In this document: positions 37,266 to 48,634 of the stretch, in pieces
Layout: every line of letters begins with the position of its first letter
Position numbering within the stretch: the stretch's first letter is position 1
NCBI GenBank assembly: GCA_022813865.1
Contig: JALDZX010000005.1
Coordinates: 372,001 to 436,000 of the forward strand
DNA from: Xylographa opegraphella
Taxonomy: Eukaryota
Direction: 5' to 3'
DNA: 64,000 nucleotides
Made by a program: the position numbers and the translations under genes
Notes under the pieces: model-generated
What the model was told of the DNA's origin: nothing
What the model saw: only the letters and a program-made list of their open reading frames with translations
The model's database searches: none

Positions 37266-39328
37266 CGTGGAATGTTGATTTTAAGATAATCGGGGATGGA
37301 ACGGTTTATTGGTTAGGAATCTCGATGCTGGGGTCTTCCTAATGTCGTAGGATGATGATGAAGCTAGGGGAATTGACGGTCATTAAATAGTGTGTCTTTC
37401 CGTGCTCTTGCGCGATGAAGCAGTGTGATTACGATGGCCAGTCGGGACCGCGGAGATCTGGATCCTCGACTGGCCGACCGAATTGGATTGTGGCTGGCTG
37501 AGACATCTGTGAAAGTGCGGGCGCAGCTGAGGGAAGGCATACACTGAAGCCGTGTAACCCGTTGGTGAAGGTGTACCGCCATCACAGCTGGATGGATGCG
37601 CCAGCTTCTTCACCTTGTCACATGAAGCCTCTGATCTGAAGCGAGCGGGAAGGGGGTATGACCATTACATCTACATTTTGAGCTTTGCCTGCGGATGAAA
37701 TGTGCAGGAATGCAAGCCTCACTGCAGGCTCATCAGCTCCACAATTCCTTCATTTGAACATAGCGGCCTTCACATTGTACAACGTAGGTGACAGAGAATC
37801 ATACATGCATGCAGCTTACTATTCGGGTGGTGTGGCAAGCAGACTGGGTGGTATACTGCAGACAAGACAGCTGATTGAGAAGGACGACAACTTATCGCTA
37901 TGGTCAAGGTTATGGCTAGCCTGACGGGGAGACGGGAAGAGCGTAAAACCGCGTGTCGAATCGGAGGTTACTCGATTACCATGCCGCGATTCTGGACTGC
38001 AGCAGATCTGAGGAGGATGATCGAGTGCCCAGGGTTTTTTTCGACTGCGCCAATAGTTTCAAGTGGCAGAAATGATATCGTCTGAAGCTACGGTTACCAC
38101 GAGCGCCTCGCAGGCCGAATGGGGAAGATATTCAGCCAGCCACGAGGCCGAGTGGCGGAGGACCACCTCAGACCACCCCGTTGAGAGCTGCCGATTCTTG
38201 CCCGATTGATGAGGTGAAAGAAAGGAAGTCCCGCGCCCTGGCTGGTTGATGGTACGTAGTAGATGCGCCAAGGAGAGCGGAGACGATCAGTTAGCATCTC
38301 CGTATATCGGAAACGCATTCTAACACGAAGCTGCAGGAAGAAATAATGAAGACGGTCCAAAGTAAGTTAGACTCGTCCTCTTTCGAAACAAATGGGTCCA
38401 GCGACATGAGTCCGGATACTTCACTGAAATAAGGTAATGGCGGTGACATCGAGCAACTGCTAACATGCTAACATGCAGAAGCGGAACGATACCTACCTTA
38501 GTCTCGATTGGTGTGTATTGAGAATGAGTACCTAAGGTATGGAGGGTGGTCGCCGCATACTCACTTCAGTGCATGCGTGACTGCCCAAAGGCACTGTAGC
38601 TGGCAAAATGACTTTCAGCAGCGCCACTCCCAAGCTAGGTACCTGGTGAGGAGAAACAACACAGCAAACTAGGTCCAAAGGCCCGCAATGGTCTCCCGGG
38701 TAAACAAGTACCTATTGTGACGAGCATTGTGACAGGTGCTGTGCCTCTCGAATGATGCATTAGAACATAGTCGACATTGCATAAGCGTTGTCGTCCAGTG
38801 GTACGAAACGGGAAAGGTTCACAAATGTTAGAAAAGCCACGGCCTAGCCGAGTCCGCACAAGAGGCACGTGACGTCCCGTTAAATTCGTGTCCGACAAGG
38901 AAGAGAGAGAATTAGCAAGTTGATTGCTGGAGCACTTGAAGAATCGCGTGAAAGCATAAATCCAGGAGTCTGTAGCTGCTTAGCGTTACTTCCAACGTCT
39001 CTCGGAATCTGTATTACTGTGAGCCGTATGGGGGACTTCCTAGATGATTTCCCTTCTACATAGTGTGGAAGGCACGACACATGGCTTTCGCCTACAATGT
39101 GATACAAGCCCATGCTGCAACTGTCCGCTTGCTGTCAAGCTTTGCTCTGGTAAGCACGGCGCACATCTGAAGGCAGGAACTGAGCATTGGCAGATTTCTT
39201 GGAGTTCCTGCCTTAATGAAATTTCTACTCTGTAGATATCCTAATTTCTTTGCTCTGTTGTCTCCTTGTTTACATCCTTTATAAACGAATCTGTACATAG
39301 TATCTTCGACATTTTATTGGCTTACGCG

Positions 39329-40771
39329 ATGGATTCAAGCATATTTTGCTGGCTTACAGCAGTGGAGTCAGGCATATATAGACTACCCGTGGAACTTATC
39401 CGTCACATTTTCGACTGTTTACCGGTCCAGGACCGCAAGAGTCTCCGTCTTACTTGCACCAAACTCGCACCGATAGGCATAGAGTTCCTATCGCTCTCGG
39501 AGCTGCATCTGATCTATACTCGTGAAAGTTTCGCACGACTCCGCCAAGTCTCTCTCCACCCGTTCTTCGGCCAGCGCGTCAAATCAATATACTACGAAGG
39601 GGACCGCTTATGTCATTTGAATAGCTGGGACGCATGGCGGTCATATATCACTTACGCGGAAGACTTCTTAATAGCATCGAAACCCAAGGTCTCAGCGAAC
39701 CAAGGACCGCAAAATAAAATGAACACTGAATGGCGCGCAGACCGTAAGCTTCGCTACACCGATCAGCAGTTGGAAGATGGTTGGCAGAATTACCAAGCCT
39801 GTTACAAGGAGCAGAAACATATAGAGGTATCGCAATCAGATGTCCGGGATCTAGCGTTTGCAATTCCTCGATTTCCTAAACTGGAGAAAATCCAATTATC
39901 AGTGGACCAAAAGAACTTCGGTCCGTCCGAGTACATGAAGCGTTCTTTCGCGAAAACGTTGATTATCCCCAAAGAACAGTTCGCTATCTTCCGCAACGAG
40001 CACGCCGGAGTCCGCCAATATATCAGTCTCATGCTGAGTGTGATTACTTCCGATGAGAGGGCCACACTGCAGTTAGGTTCTTCGAGGACGGGCCTTCAAC
40101 CAGCCTTCGGACTCACGGAGCGCAGTGTCAATCTTCATGTCCTGCACCTCGACGCGATAAGTTGGCACATTTTCAAGGCCACAAATCCATTCATTCGTTC
40201 ACTACATCGAGCTATACGCCATTTGCGAGATCTCAAGATTGTCGTAAAATTGGAGCCCAAAGACCCCTATGCAGAGGTTGGGAAATGCCAAGAAATTCTT
40301 GAAAAGGGCAGTCTCCATAGCCTCCTCACGTCGGCGCCAGACCTTCAGTGCTTGGAAATCGGTTTCAATACCTTGTACAGCGATCAACAACCTGCGCGCC
40401 TTGCAGATATTTCCAGAAAGCATCGATGGCAGAATCTGAGAGCGGTGACTTTCAGGCAGATTCAGACAACGGAGGGCGAATTGCTTTCGTTTCTCAAAGA
40501 ACACAAGGCGACACTGAAGGTCATCCTGATCGAGAATATGAGGCTAGAGGAGAGCGTGTCGTGGACAGAGACCCTTCAGAAGATCAGGCTTATCGCGCCC
40601 TGGGACAGTGCTCTTGTGTGTGGAAGGTTGTACTACGGACAGCAAAACGGAGGTGGAGGAGATTACCAGTACGATATAGGCAGCGAAGGCTCTCGGGAGG
40701 AAGATCAGTGCGCAGTGGTTCGGGATTACCTGACGAGGAAGTCTCCAAAATATTTTCCGAGACTGTACTAG
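39329..40771 (+). CDS. lineage-specific F-box/LRR-like protein
   Basis: RLPVELIRHIFDCLPVQDRKSLRLTCTKLA F-box, SLHPFFGQRVKSI, later LxxL repeats (PKLEKIQLS, WQNLRAVTF, FLKEHKATLK). 480-codon open frame. Confidence 0.8.
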   Translation: MDSSIFCWLTAVESGIYRLPVELIRHIFDCLPVQDRKSLRLTCTKLAPIGIEFLSLSELHLIYTRESFARLRQVSLHPFFGQRVKSIYYEGDRLCHLNSWDAWRSYITYAEDFLIASKPKVSANQGPQNKMNTEWRADRKLRYTDQQLEDGWQNYQACYKEQKHIEVSQSDVRDLAFAIPRFPKLEKIQLSVDQKNFGPSEYMKRSFAKTLIIPKEQFAIFRNEHAGVRQYISLMLSVITSDERATLQLGSSRTGLQPAFGLTERSVNLHVLHLDAISWHIFKATNPFIRSLHRAIRHLRDLKIVVKLEPKDPYAEVGKCQEILEKGSLHSLLTSAPDLQCLEIGFNTLYSDQQPARLADISRKHRWQNLRAVTFRQIQTTEGELLSFLKEHKATLKVILIENMRLEESVSWTETLQKIRLIAPWDSALVCGRLYYGQQNGGGGDYQYDIGSEGSREEDQCAVVRDYLTRKSPKYFPRLY

Positions 40772-41318
40772 GTCAGCTCTTAGCTTGGGCACTGCACGGT
40801 AGACGGTGCAAGTATGAAGGGCAGATGTGACACGCTTAGTCTTGTGAGCCGAATGCTGATTACGAATCTCTCACCTTTGCTAAATTTCTGCTTTATTTCG
40901 TGACATGCGTTAATGTAGGGTTTTACAGTTGGCTCGTGAATGTTCATGCTGAAGAGTAGTATTCCATGTCAGAAGTTGGCATTCATAGAATGCTTCGATT
41001 TGAACACCATATTCAAAGTCAATTCTCAATTTCTCATCCAGGCATTTTACGTCCAAAACCCGCAACTGTCGCTGAGTCTCTGTTCATCGTTGCAGGGAAT
41101 GATGCTTTCGGTACATTGATCATGTTTGCTTGGTATTGTTCCTTTAGCGCTCTGCGAATTTCCTTGTCCTCTTCTTCAACAGTATCGGCACACACGTCGA
41201 TTAGATTCTACTATATGACACTTCAATGTCTACTAGCAATACTGATATTTTTCACTTGCGCTACGTACCGACCACGAGGCAGGAATAATCGCGATTGCAT
41301 GACGCAGAGATCCCCTTG

Positions 41319-42259
41319 ATGAAACGCTTTCCTGAAAACGTATCGATTGAGGTAGCGCCGCGTATTCTCAGCGAGTTGCCTGCTGCTAGCATACTAGATC
41401 TTAGGAAGTGCTCACGCTCAATCTACAAATGGTTCGATAGGGATAGAAGGGATATCATCTCCCGGTGGCTGGAGGAGAAGTTCCCCATGCTATGGAAACT
41501 CGTGAAGAGACAGGCAAGAACACGAAAATATCGGAGAAGGCAGATACAAGGAAAGCGCCGCAGCAATGGGTAAAAAATACACCAAGGTTAGTGGTGGCAA
41601 TGAATATATATCCGTATAGAGTGTGTACATCCTGCTGCAAAGCTCCTGCTGGACGAAGTGTGGCTCGGTTGGTGCACTTCAGAGACGACCCTGATGACCG
41701 AAAGGGCTTGGGCGGTGATAGAGTTGAGTCACGTCCATCTCTAGATCACTGTGGCTGCTCTTCCGTTCAAGGACCTAGTCAACTCTGACAAAATCCTCAA
41801 AGGGCAAGACAGAAGTCGATGGATCTAGGAAGGCGTTTATCTGCAGTGGGACGTTGAGCTCGAGGTGTACGTCGAGCACTACATCGACGATTCATTTCCA
41901 GCTCGATCCGTTCACCGGCGAGCTCGGGCAAACGAAAGACTCAAGGATCAAGTGGAACCAGTATGATTCATGTTACTGGGTACATGTGGGCGGATGTAAG
42001 ACGGGATGTGGATACAAGCTTTAATTCTCGCAGCTGTATCTCGACAATTATCCAGAGGAGCAGTACCGGGTGTGCGGCACCACTTGTCACCCCCGGGAAG
42101 ATTGGTGGGATGCTGGCGAGAATATTTCTGGTCACAGGTGGCGTTCTTATCATCGGTGCCTTTTTAAGATGCTATACAATGGAAGGGAAAGCTGTGAGTA
42201 GGAAGGGTGTTAGGGCAAATGATGGAGGGGAGGAAGATGAGTCTGAAGACAATCGCTGA
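41319..42259 (+). pseudogene. decayed F-box-like gene
   Basis: SIEVAPRILSELPAASILDLRKCSRSIY F-box-like start, then protein-like text broken by several stops and frame changes. Confidence 0.4.
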
Positions 42260-43686
42260 GCTGTGAAAGAAGCCGGGGGTGCCTCTGACTAATTGGATGA
42301 GAAGGTCTCGGGATGTATACCGGAGCTTGCGGAATGGGACACTGTTCTGTGCCACGGAGCTCCAAGCAGGATGCGTTAGGGGGAGCTAGGTGTATGCGGC
42401 GAGTGTGATTTTGTGTACTATTGGAGATCACGCTACAACGTTCCTCCAAACCGAACTACGTTTCTCTACCTCCATACGGAGATAGGGTATAAGTAATGAT
42501 ATTTTTTGCAGAGGACACTGTCTACGAAACCGTTCTGTGAGCTGCGAATTGATCTATTGTTGGTGACTGATTATGTGTTCTGCCCACAGTAGACGACTTG
42601 AGGTTGTTACGTGCCTTTCTTGTCTGGGGAGCAAAGTCGTGAGGGCATTCAGAGTGCAAACTTTCAGACTATTGCAGCGCGGCTGCTCTAAGTTGATTCG
42701 AGGGTCCAAATGCTTGTTTGGAGACTAGTGAAGCTTGTTCCAACGCCGAAGGACGACGGGTTTTACCATTTGCGGCTTAGCTCCGTTACGTAAAGGCACT
42801 CGCTACCAAGCTGCATATTTGGCGCGAGAGCCTCTAACGACGGAGCATCCATTTTATGCCGCGATGACTTCGAGCACTTTACTCATTCGCTCGGCTTACG
42901 GATCCTGATCTACCACGATATGGGGGGGTGGGCTGAAGCTCAATTTTATGTCTATGAATTCATACATCTATGAAACCTTGAGAGACGTAGTGTAACCGTT
43001 TCGTTCTCTGTGCAATTGGCCATTCTCCGTTCGAAGCTATTCTTCTTAAATAGGCAGCTGATTACTACCTGTTGAAAGTTTCGTCCTGTTGCTAGCTATA
43101 CTTCTAGCATGTAACTTTTCCTTTTGGCATCGTCTTGCTCTCTTGTCTAATCTCGATGCCTGGCGGAGCGGCTTTCCGCTGGTTGGCTGATTTCATACCG
43201 AGTTAATGCACAGAAGTGGGGATTCTGCTTACGGCATCCATATTGCAGTAGCTTTCTGAGGAGTGATGAGGGGCTTGGGACGTTAATATGTCTTACGAGA
43301 CTCGATGATTTAACTTCGATACAGCCGAGGAACTTTCGAGCAGATCAGGCACGCCGGCTAGTCACGGCACTAAATGCTTACCAGTATGTGTATCCTTGGC
43401 TCATCCCAGCGATGAGAATGCAAAATGTCTGGATGGGATCCACCGGCACGGTTCGGCATGAAGCGTATACCCCACCGGTATCCTATTCAACGCTCTCCAC
43501 AGAGAAAACTATCTTCAGCTAACTCATCAGTAAGCAAGCCTCCGATACATCCTCAGCTCCGCTATTCAGTATCCCAAAAGAATCGGCCTCCGAGAATGCA
43601 TAAAGACCACAATGGCTTCCTGTGCTTGATGCTTTGGCTCGAGCGACAGAGATTCCTCTATATACCTCTCTCCTTATTTCATCACC

Positions 43687-44864
43687 ATGCGCAGCCACAT
43701 TTTGATCCTCTTAGGCCTGGCGATTCAACGCTCATGTGCCTTGGTGTTCCCTCGATATGAGACGGTCAATGGCAACATAACTCTACCTCAGAACAATGCT
43801 CCTCTGAACGAAACGCTCGCGTACTACAAGCTGCCAGGCTTCAATGGCGACCAGGAAACACTCACTCATGGTTTCTTCCAGACAAGCTGTGGCTCCAACT
43901 TGTCATTCCACTACACCGACCCGTCAGTGTATGGCAACCAAACCGGAACTGCCAGCAGGCCAGTCTTGATTCTCACTCATGGCTATCCCGAATCGAGCTA
44001 TATCTGGCGAAGGATGACCCAGCCTCTATCTGAGAGAGTACCAATCATTGTGCCTGACGTATGTATATCACTTGTTCGGCACCGCTGCAACCACAACTGA
44101 CACCCTGATAGCAACCAGGCTACGGTCTTTCTAGCCCTTGCATAACCGGCTCCGACAAGCTCACCTTCGCAGGCGCGATCCTTGAAGCCGTGCAGTCGGT
44201 CTACGGCCAGAACACCACCGTCGTCCTAGCTGGCCACGACCGCGGCGGCCGCACCATGCACCGCGCCGCCGTCTCCATCGACACCTTCCCGGGTATCACC
44301 GCACTCGGAGTCTTCATCGCCGACATCGTCCCTTTCGTGGAAGAGTACGCCTCCTTCGCCAACTCGACCTGGTCGGTCAACTACTTCCACTGGGCCTTCC
44401 TCCCGAAAGGCGACTTCGCCACGGACGTCATCATGGCCTACGGCGGCGGCGCGTGGGTGCGGCAGATCCTGACCTACGGCTCCGGCCTCAACGCCATGGG
44501 CATCGAGATCTTCCAGGCCGACGACTCGTGGGCCGTGTACGAGAACTTCTTCAACCAGCTCTCGGTCACGAACGCCAGCGTCTTCGACTACGCCGCCGGC
44601 GCCACGGTCGACTACGACATGGAGATCGCCGACCAGGCCGCCGGTCGCAAGATCGCCATGCCCTGCCACATCCTGTTCTCCGAGTACAACCTGGGCTCGG
44701 AGTTCGACGTGCCGGCCGTGTGGGCCCGCTGGGTCGACCCCAGTGCTGGTTTGACGGTCCAGGGCATCGGTGCGGAGAAGGGGCATTTTATCGTCGAGGA
44801 GGCGCCCGATGAGACGATTCAGCAGATCAATACTTTCCTTGATAGGCTGAATGTTGCGCAGTGA
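43687..44864 (+). CDS. secreted alpha/beta hydrolase, haloacetate (fluoroacetate) dehalogenase-like
   Basis: Signal peptide MRSHILILLGLAIQRSCA; HGYPE, PDQPGYGLS (intron 44059-44111), GHDRGGR, ADIVP, YFHW, DYAAG, GHFIVEEAP. Confidence 0.88.
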
Positions 44865-46135
44865 GCGGGCGCGAGAGGGGGGGAGGGTGGGGAGGAGGAC
44901 AGAGATGGAGGACTTCGTAGGCGACAAGGGTTTAGATTCTAATAACATAGACACCAACCATCGATCTATACACACCCGCCCACCCACCCCCTGATAGCCC
45001 ATCCGCACCGACTGTCCCCGTTGCTTGAGATTCCACCTTCCTTCTTTCTCTTCTGCCCTTCCATATCCCGTACTCTACACCCGCCTATCTCTCGCCATCA
45101 ATGCCCCCCCCCCCTCCGCCGCCCAATCCCTACCCCTCTAGATTCAGGCTTATTCTCCCTCCCGCCTTAGCTGCCACCCTACCCTTTTCGACAAGTACGT
45201 CCCCCCCCAAATTCTTCGCTCCCCCTTTTCCGCTTCGCTTCGTGCGTGCGCGAGGTTGCGGTTAGGGAGCGTGGGTAGGTGGGGGGTGCGGGTCATTGGA
45301 GGGGAGGCGGGGTGGGCGAGCTGGATTGCGCGGCGGTGGATAGTGAGCGGGGGAAAGGGTGCTTCGAAACGAGGCGGTTGTGTGTCGGGTGGGTGGAAGG
45401 AGATGGTTGGTGCTTTCTTTTTTTGGGCGTGGCGTTGCTGCGCTGCGCTGGGATGCGAAGGGGGTTTTGGGCAAGAAGGGCACGGTTGGGTGGGTAGATG
45501 GGGAGGATGGGGAGGGGATGGAGCTCTACTTTCTGTGGGGAGGTATAGTCGAGGACGTGAAGGCTTCGGCGGAGGTTTACGGGCATAGGCACGACGAGTC
45601 GAGGTGCTGGTAGGAGTAGATTTTTTGTCGCGACTAGATTGATACCTGGATGCTAGCTGATCCTCGCTGTGTGCGTGGAAGGTGGCAATTTCCGGTAGCT
45701 TATGTTCGGACGCTGGAGTTTGCGGTTATGTCTACTCCTCCCTGCTCCCTTTCCACGATGCGCTTGGCGGCCTTCGGCTCTTTATGAGCAACGTCCTTCA
45801 TCTTTTCGACGAGTGGAATGGATTTGGTCGTGGTGCGGAGGAGCTGGACATTTTCGTGGTTCTTCGCGGTCGACCAGTTTCCATAGGTGGGTATCTCTTC
45901 GAGTCGCAACTGTGTGACGGACTATTGCGTCGGTTCGGTTGCGGTCGAGTAGTAGCGAGTGGCAGCATGCGTTGCTGATCGTGAGTCGGCCTGATAACGA
46001 TGGTATAATGGAGGTCGTCGATCTCGTCTCGTCCAGTGATATAGATAAGCGAACGTTTTGTCTCACCCAGCTCGTCAAAGTGCTTCCAAGCACAAGCCTA
46101 CCAGCCAACGTCCTAATGCCATCCGTCTCCCTCAT

Positions 46136-46744
46136 TTATGCAAGGAACAGACCAAGAATAACGAGGACCAGCGCTCCAAGTGTGCTGTCCGTTCCAACGC
46201 CCGCAGCGGCACCCGTAGATATCGCACTGGCACCGGCACTTGTAGAGCTCGCAGCGACGGTGGCGAGAGTGGCGGAAGTCATGGTTGCGCTCGACGTCAG
46301 GGATGCCAGAGTTGTGGACGTGACCGGGTTTGGTAATACTGGACCTGGCAACGAGCCCGTACTGCTGCCCATCATGCTGGCACTTATCATAGTGTCGCTA
46401 CTCATAGTAAGCTCAGACGTGGTCATGCCACTCGACATCGCCGGGACGGTAGAAGTCGTTCCGAGGATGGCGGAAGGCGTCGGCATACTGGTAGTGGTGC
46501 CGAGGATGGCTGAAGGTGTCGGCACAATCGCCGTCGTCGTCCCAGGGCCCGCAATCTCCGTCAGAGTCGGTATTGTGGTCGCGGCCGATACGGCTCCAAT
46601 CGCACCGCACGAGGCAGCGGCGCATTGGGTACAACTCTGCGCGACGAGATAACATGTCTCGCCTGCCGGGCATATGGGGCATTCGGGAGCGAGGGCTGGG
46701 CAGTACACGCAGCGGGCAAAGAGAACGTGGAGTGATTCGTCCAT
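46136..46744 (-). CDS. Opy2-type Cys-rich domain, S/T-rich surface protein
   Basis: 8-Cys motif CVYCP...CPICPAGETC...CTQC...C, S/T-rich stalk with a 13-aa duplication (PTPSAILGTT), terminal hydrophobic segment. Confidence 0.75.
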   Translation of the reverse strand: MDESLHVLFARCVYCPALAPECPICPAGETCYLVAQSCTQCAAASCGAIGAVSAATTIPTLTEIAGPGTTTAIVPTPSAILGTTTSMPTPSAILGTTSTVPAMSSGMTTSELTMSSDTMISASMMGSSTGSLPGPVLPNPVTSTTLASLTSSATMTSATLATVAASSTSAGASAISTGAAAGVGTDSTLGALVLVILGLFLA

Positions 46745-47843
46745 AGCTGTGATGTATGGTGAGGAAAGTTGTCCAGAAGAAGTGAAGACACAAACAGATA
46801 CCGGTTATTGGAAACGGTTTGTCAATGGAGGCTCGTTGGTGGGATATCAGTTGGACAACGTAGCGCGGGAAAGACAACCAATTTGCGCAACGTAAAAGGA
46901 ACACGGTGATTGGGAATAGTAAATAAGCATATATAGCTGTAGAATTCGGCGGAGCTCACTCTCTTCAGCATTGTTGGTACTGCGGAGAGAGCTGAAACGT
47001 ACGCGGCCGTGATACTGCGCAGCTGCCAAAGAAGGGAAAGATCAGCCGGGCTATACCGGATGCGAGCATCAAAGCATGTGATGCGTCATCCGAACCTGTT
47101 ATCGGACTGATAAAAGAAACATTCCTGCAGTGGTGGTTGAACAGTGGCCGAGCAAGCAGTGTTATAATATGAGGCTTCAAAACTGATACATCCGTCGCCA
47201 ATACGGAGTATAAACTATACAGAGAATTATCCACGCATCCATACGCCAAGCCCACTAGTCAACAAAAAGCTAGCGGCACCCGCCACCCGACCACCACCCC
47301 TGCTTCCGCTGCCCGCCTCCGCCGGCAACACCGAATCACGCCTCCACGATCCCAACCTCCACTGCAAAAAGCCGCATGGCTGGAAGCTCATTTCTTGCAC
47401 CGCGCGTGGAGTACAAGAGGCGGCATGGCGGTCGACACCTGCGCTTTCCTGCATACGCTCCGAGCACTCTCGATAACGACCCTCACGATCCAGCCGCCGT
47501 GACTTCCTGGTCATTCCGCATCATCGACCGTGCTTGATTGACGTTCAGACCGTGAGGGAGATTCTACTGCGGAGAAGAAAGACAATTGGTCTTGTATTGC
47601 TGCTCGATTGCATCCGGTTGATCGACAGACGGCGACGACCACTCCAATTGATTCAATCCACCTCTGATCACCATCCACCGCATCCACGACAGACATTCTC
47701 GCATCGCCTCCAAACCCTCTTCTCGATCTCGAACAAAACCCTCGTGCGGCCAACTCACTTCCATTTACCTCACTCCACCTTATCAGTACCTTCGAGCTCT
47801 CTTCCTCGCCTCCCCTCACCTCCTCCGCCCACCAACCACAGCC

Positions 47844-47984
47844 ATGGTCCAGGAAAACATCGTCATCGCCATCATCGTCATCGTCCTCTTCATCATCCTC
47901 GCCATTATCGGCTACGTCATCTACGCCATCCAGAACCAAGTCAGCATCTTCGGCCGCCGGCGCCTCGTCGACGAGGAGGACTAA
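47844..47984 (+). CDS. 46-aa single-pass membrane microprotein
   Basis: gccATGg context; MVQENIVIAIIVIVLFIILAIIGYVIYAIQNQVSIFGRRRLVDEED*; nearly all codons end in C/G. Below the ORF-track size cut-off. Confidence 0.8.
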   Translation: MVQENIVIAIIVIVLFIILAIIGYVIYAIQNQVSIFGRRRLVDEED

Positions 47985-48634
47985 CACCACCTCCGATGCA
48001 GCACGAGCCGTGAGTGCTGGGAAGCCCCGGGGGGCGAGGGAGACCCGGGGGGCGGGGGAGACCCGGTCGAGTCTTCCGTTGTATATAATGATTGAGAGAA
48101 CCCGGACACTAGGGAACAATGCATTGAGGAGGTGGTGACGAGATCGGAAAGGAGGAGGAGGATCGAGGGTCATGACTTCAACGTTGGCGAATTTGGTGGC
48201 ATTTTTTTTTTTGTACAGCACAGCGACGGAATCGGATCATGGCGACGGGGCGGAAACTGGATATTGCCCGCGCGAACAGCACGCCGCGCTCACGACCCAC
48301 AAGCAGATTGTGCTGTTGGCTGCGTCTGAAAATATAATTGCACATGAATCATTGTTTCCGATTCAATAAACTCGGCATTAAATCCCCCTCGGCTTGATAG
48401 GTGATCCATCTGGTATGATATATCGCCGTAGCAGCTTCTACAACGCTTACACGCTCCCGTGAACCCTACCCTACCATAAACTTCTGAAAGCTAGCTATCC
48501 ACCACTTGAGATCGCATATATAGGCCTGATACCCGAATGTTCAGCGCCCCTGAACGCTCGCATACATCAAGTGTTATCCATCAATTGACCCACCACCCTA
48601 AATGCTCCCCAGATAAAACCTCAGTCTCTGATTA

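Noticed and set aside
48026..48066. Short GGAGACCCGG duplication with G-runs
   Set aside because: Only about two copies in a probable 3' UTR; no supportable function.
47511..48221. 236-aa ORF with an acidic run
   Set aside because: Antisense shadow of the Ile/Val-rich 46-aa microprotein.
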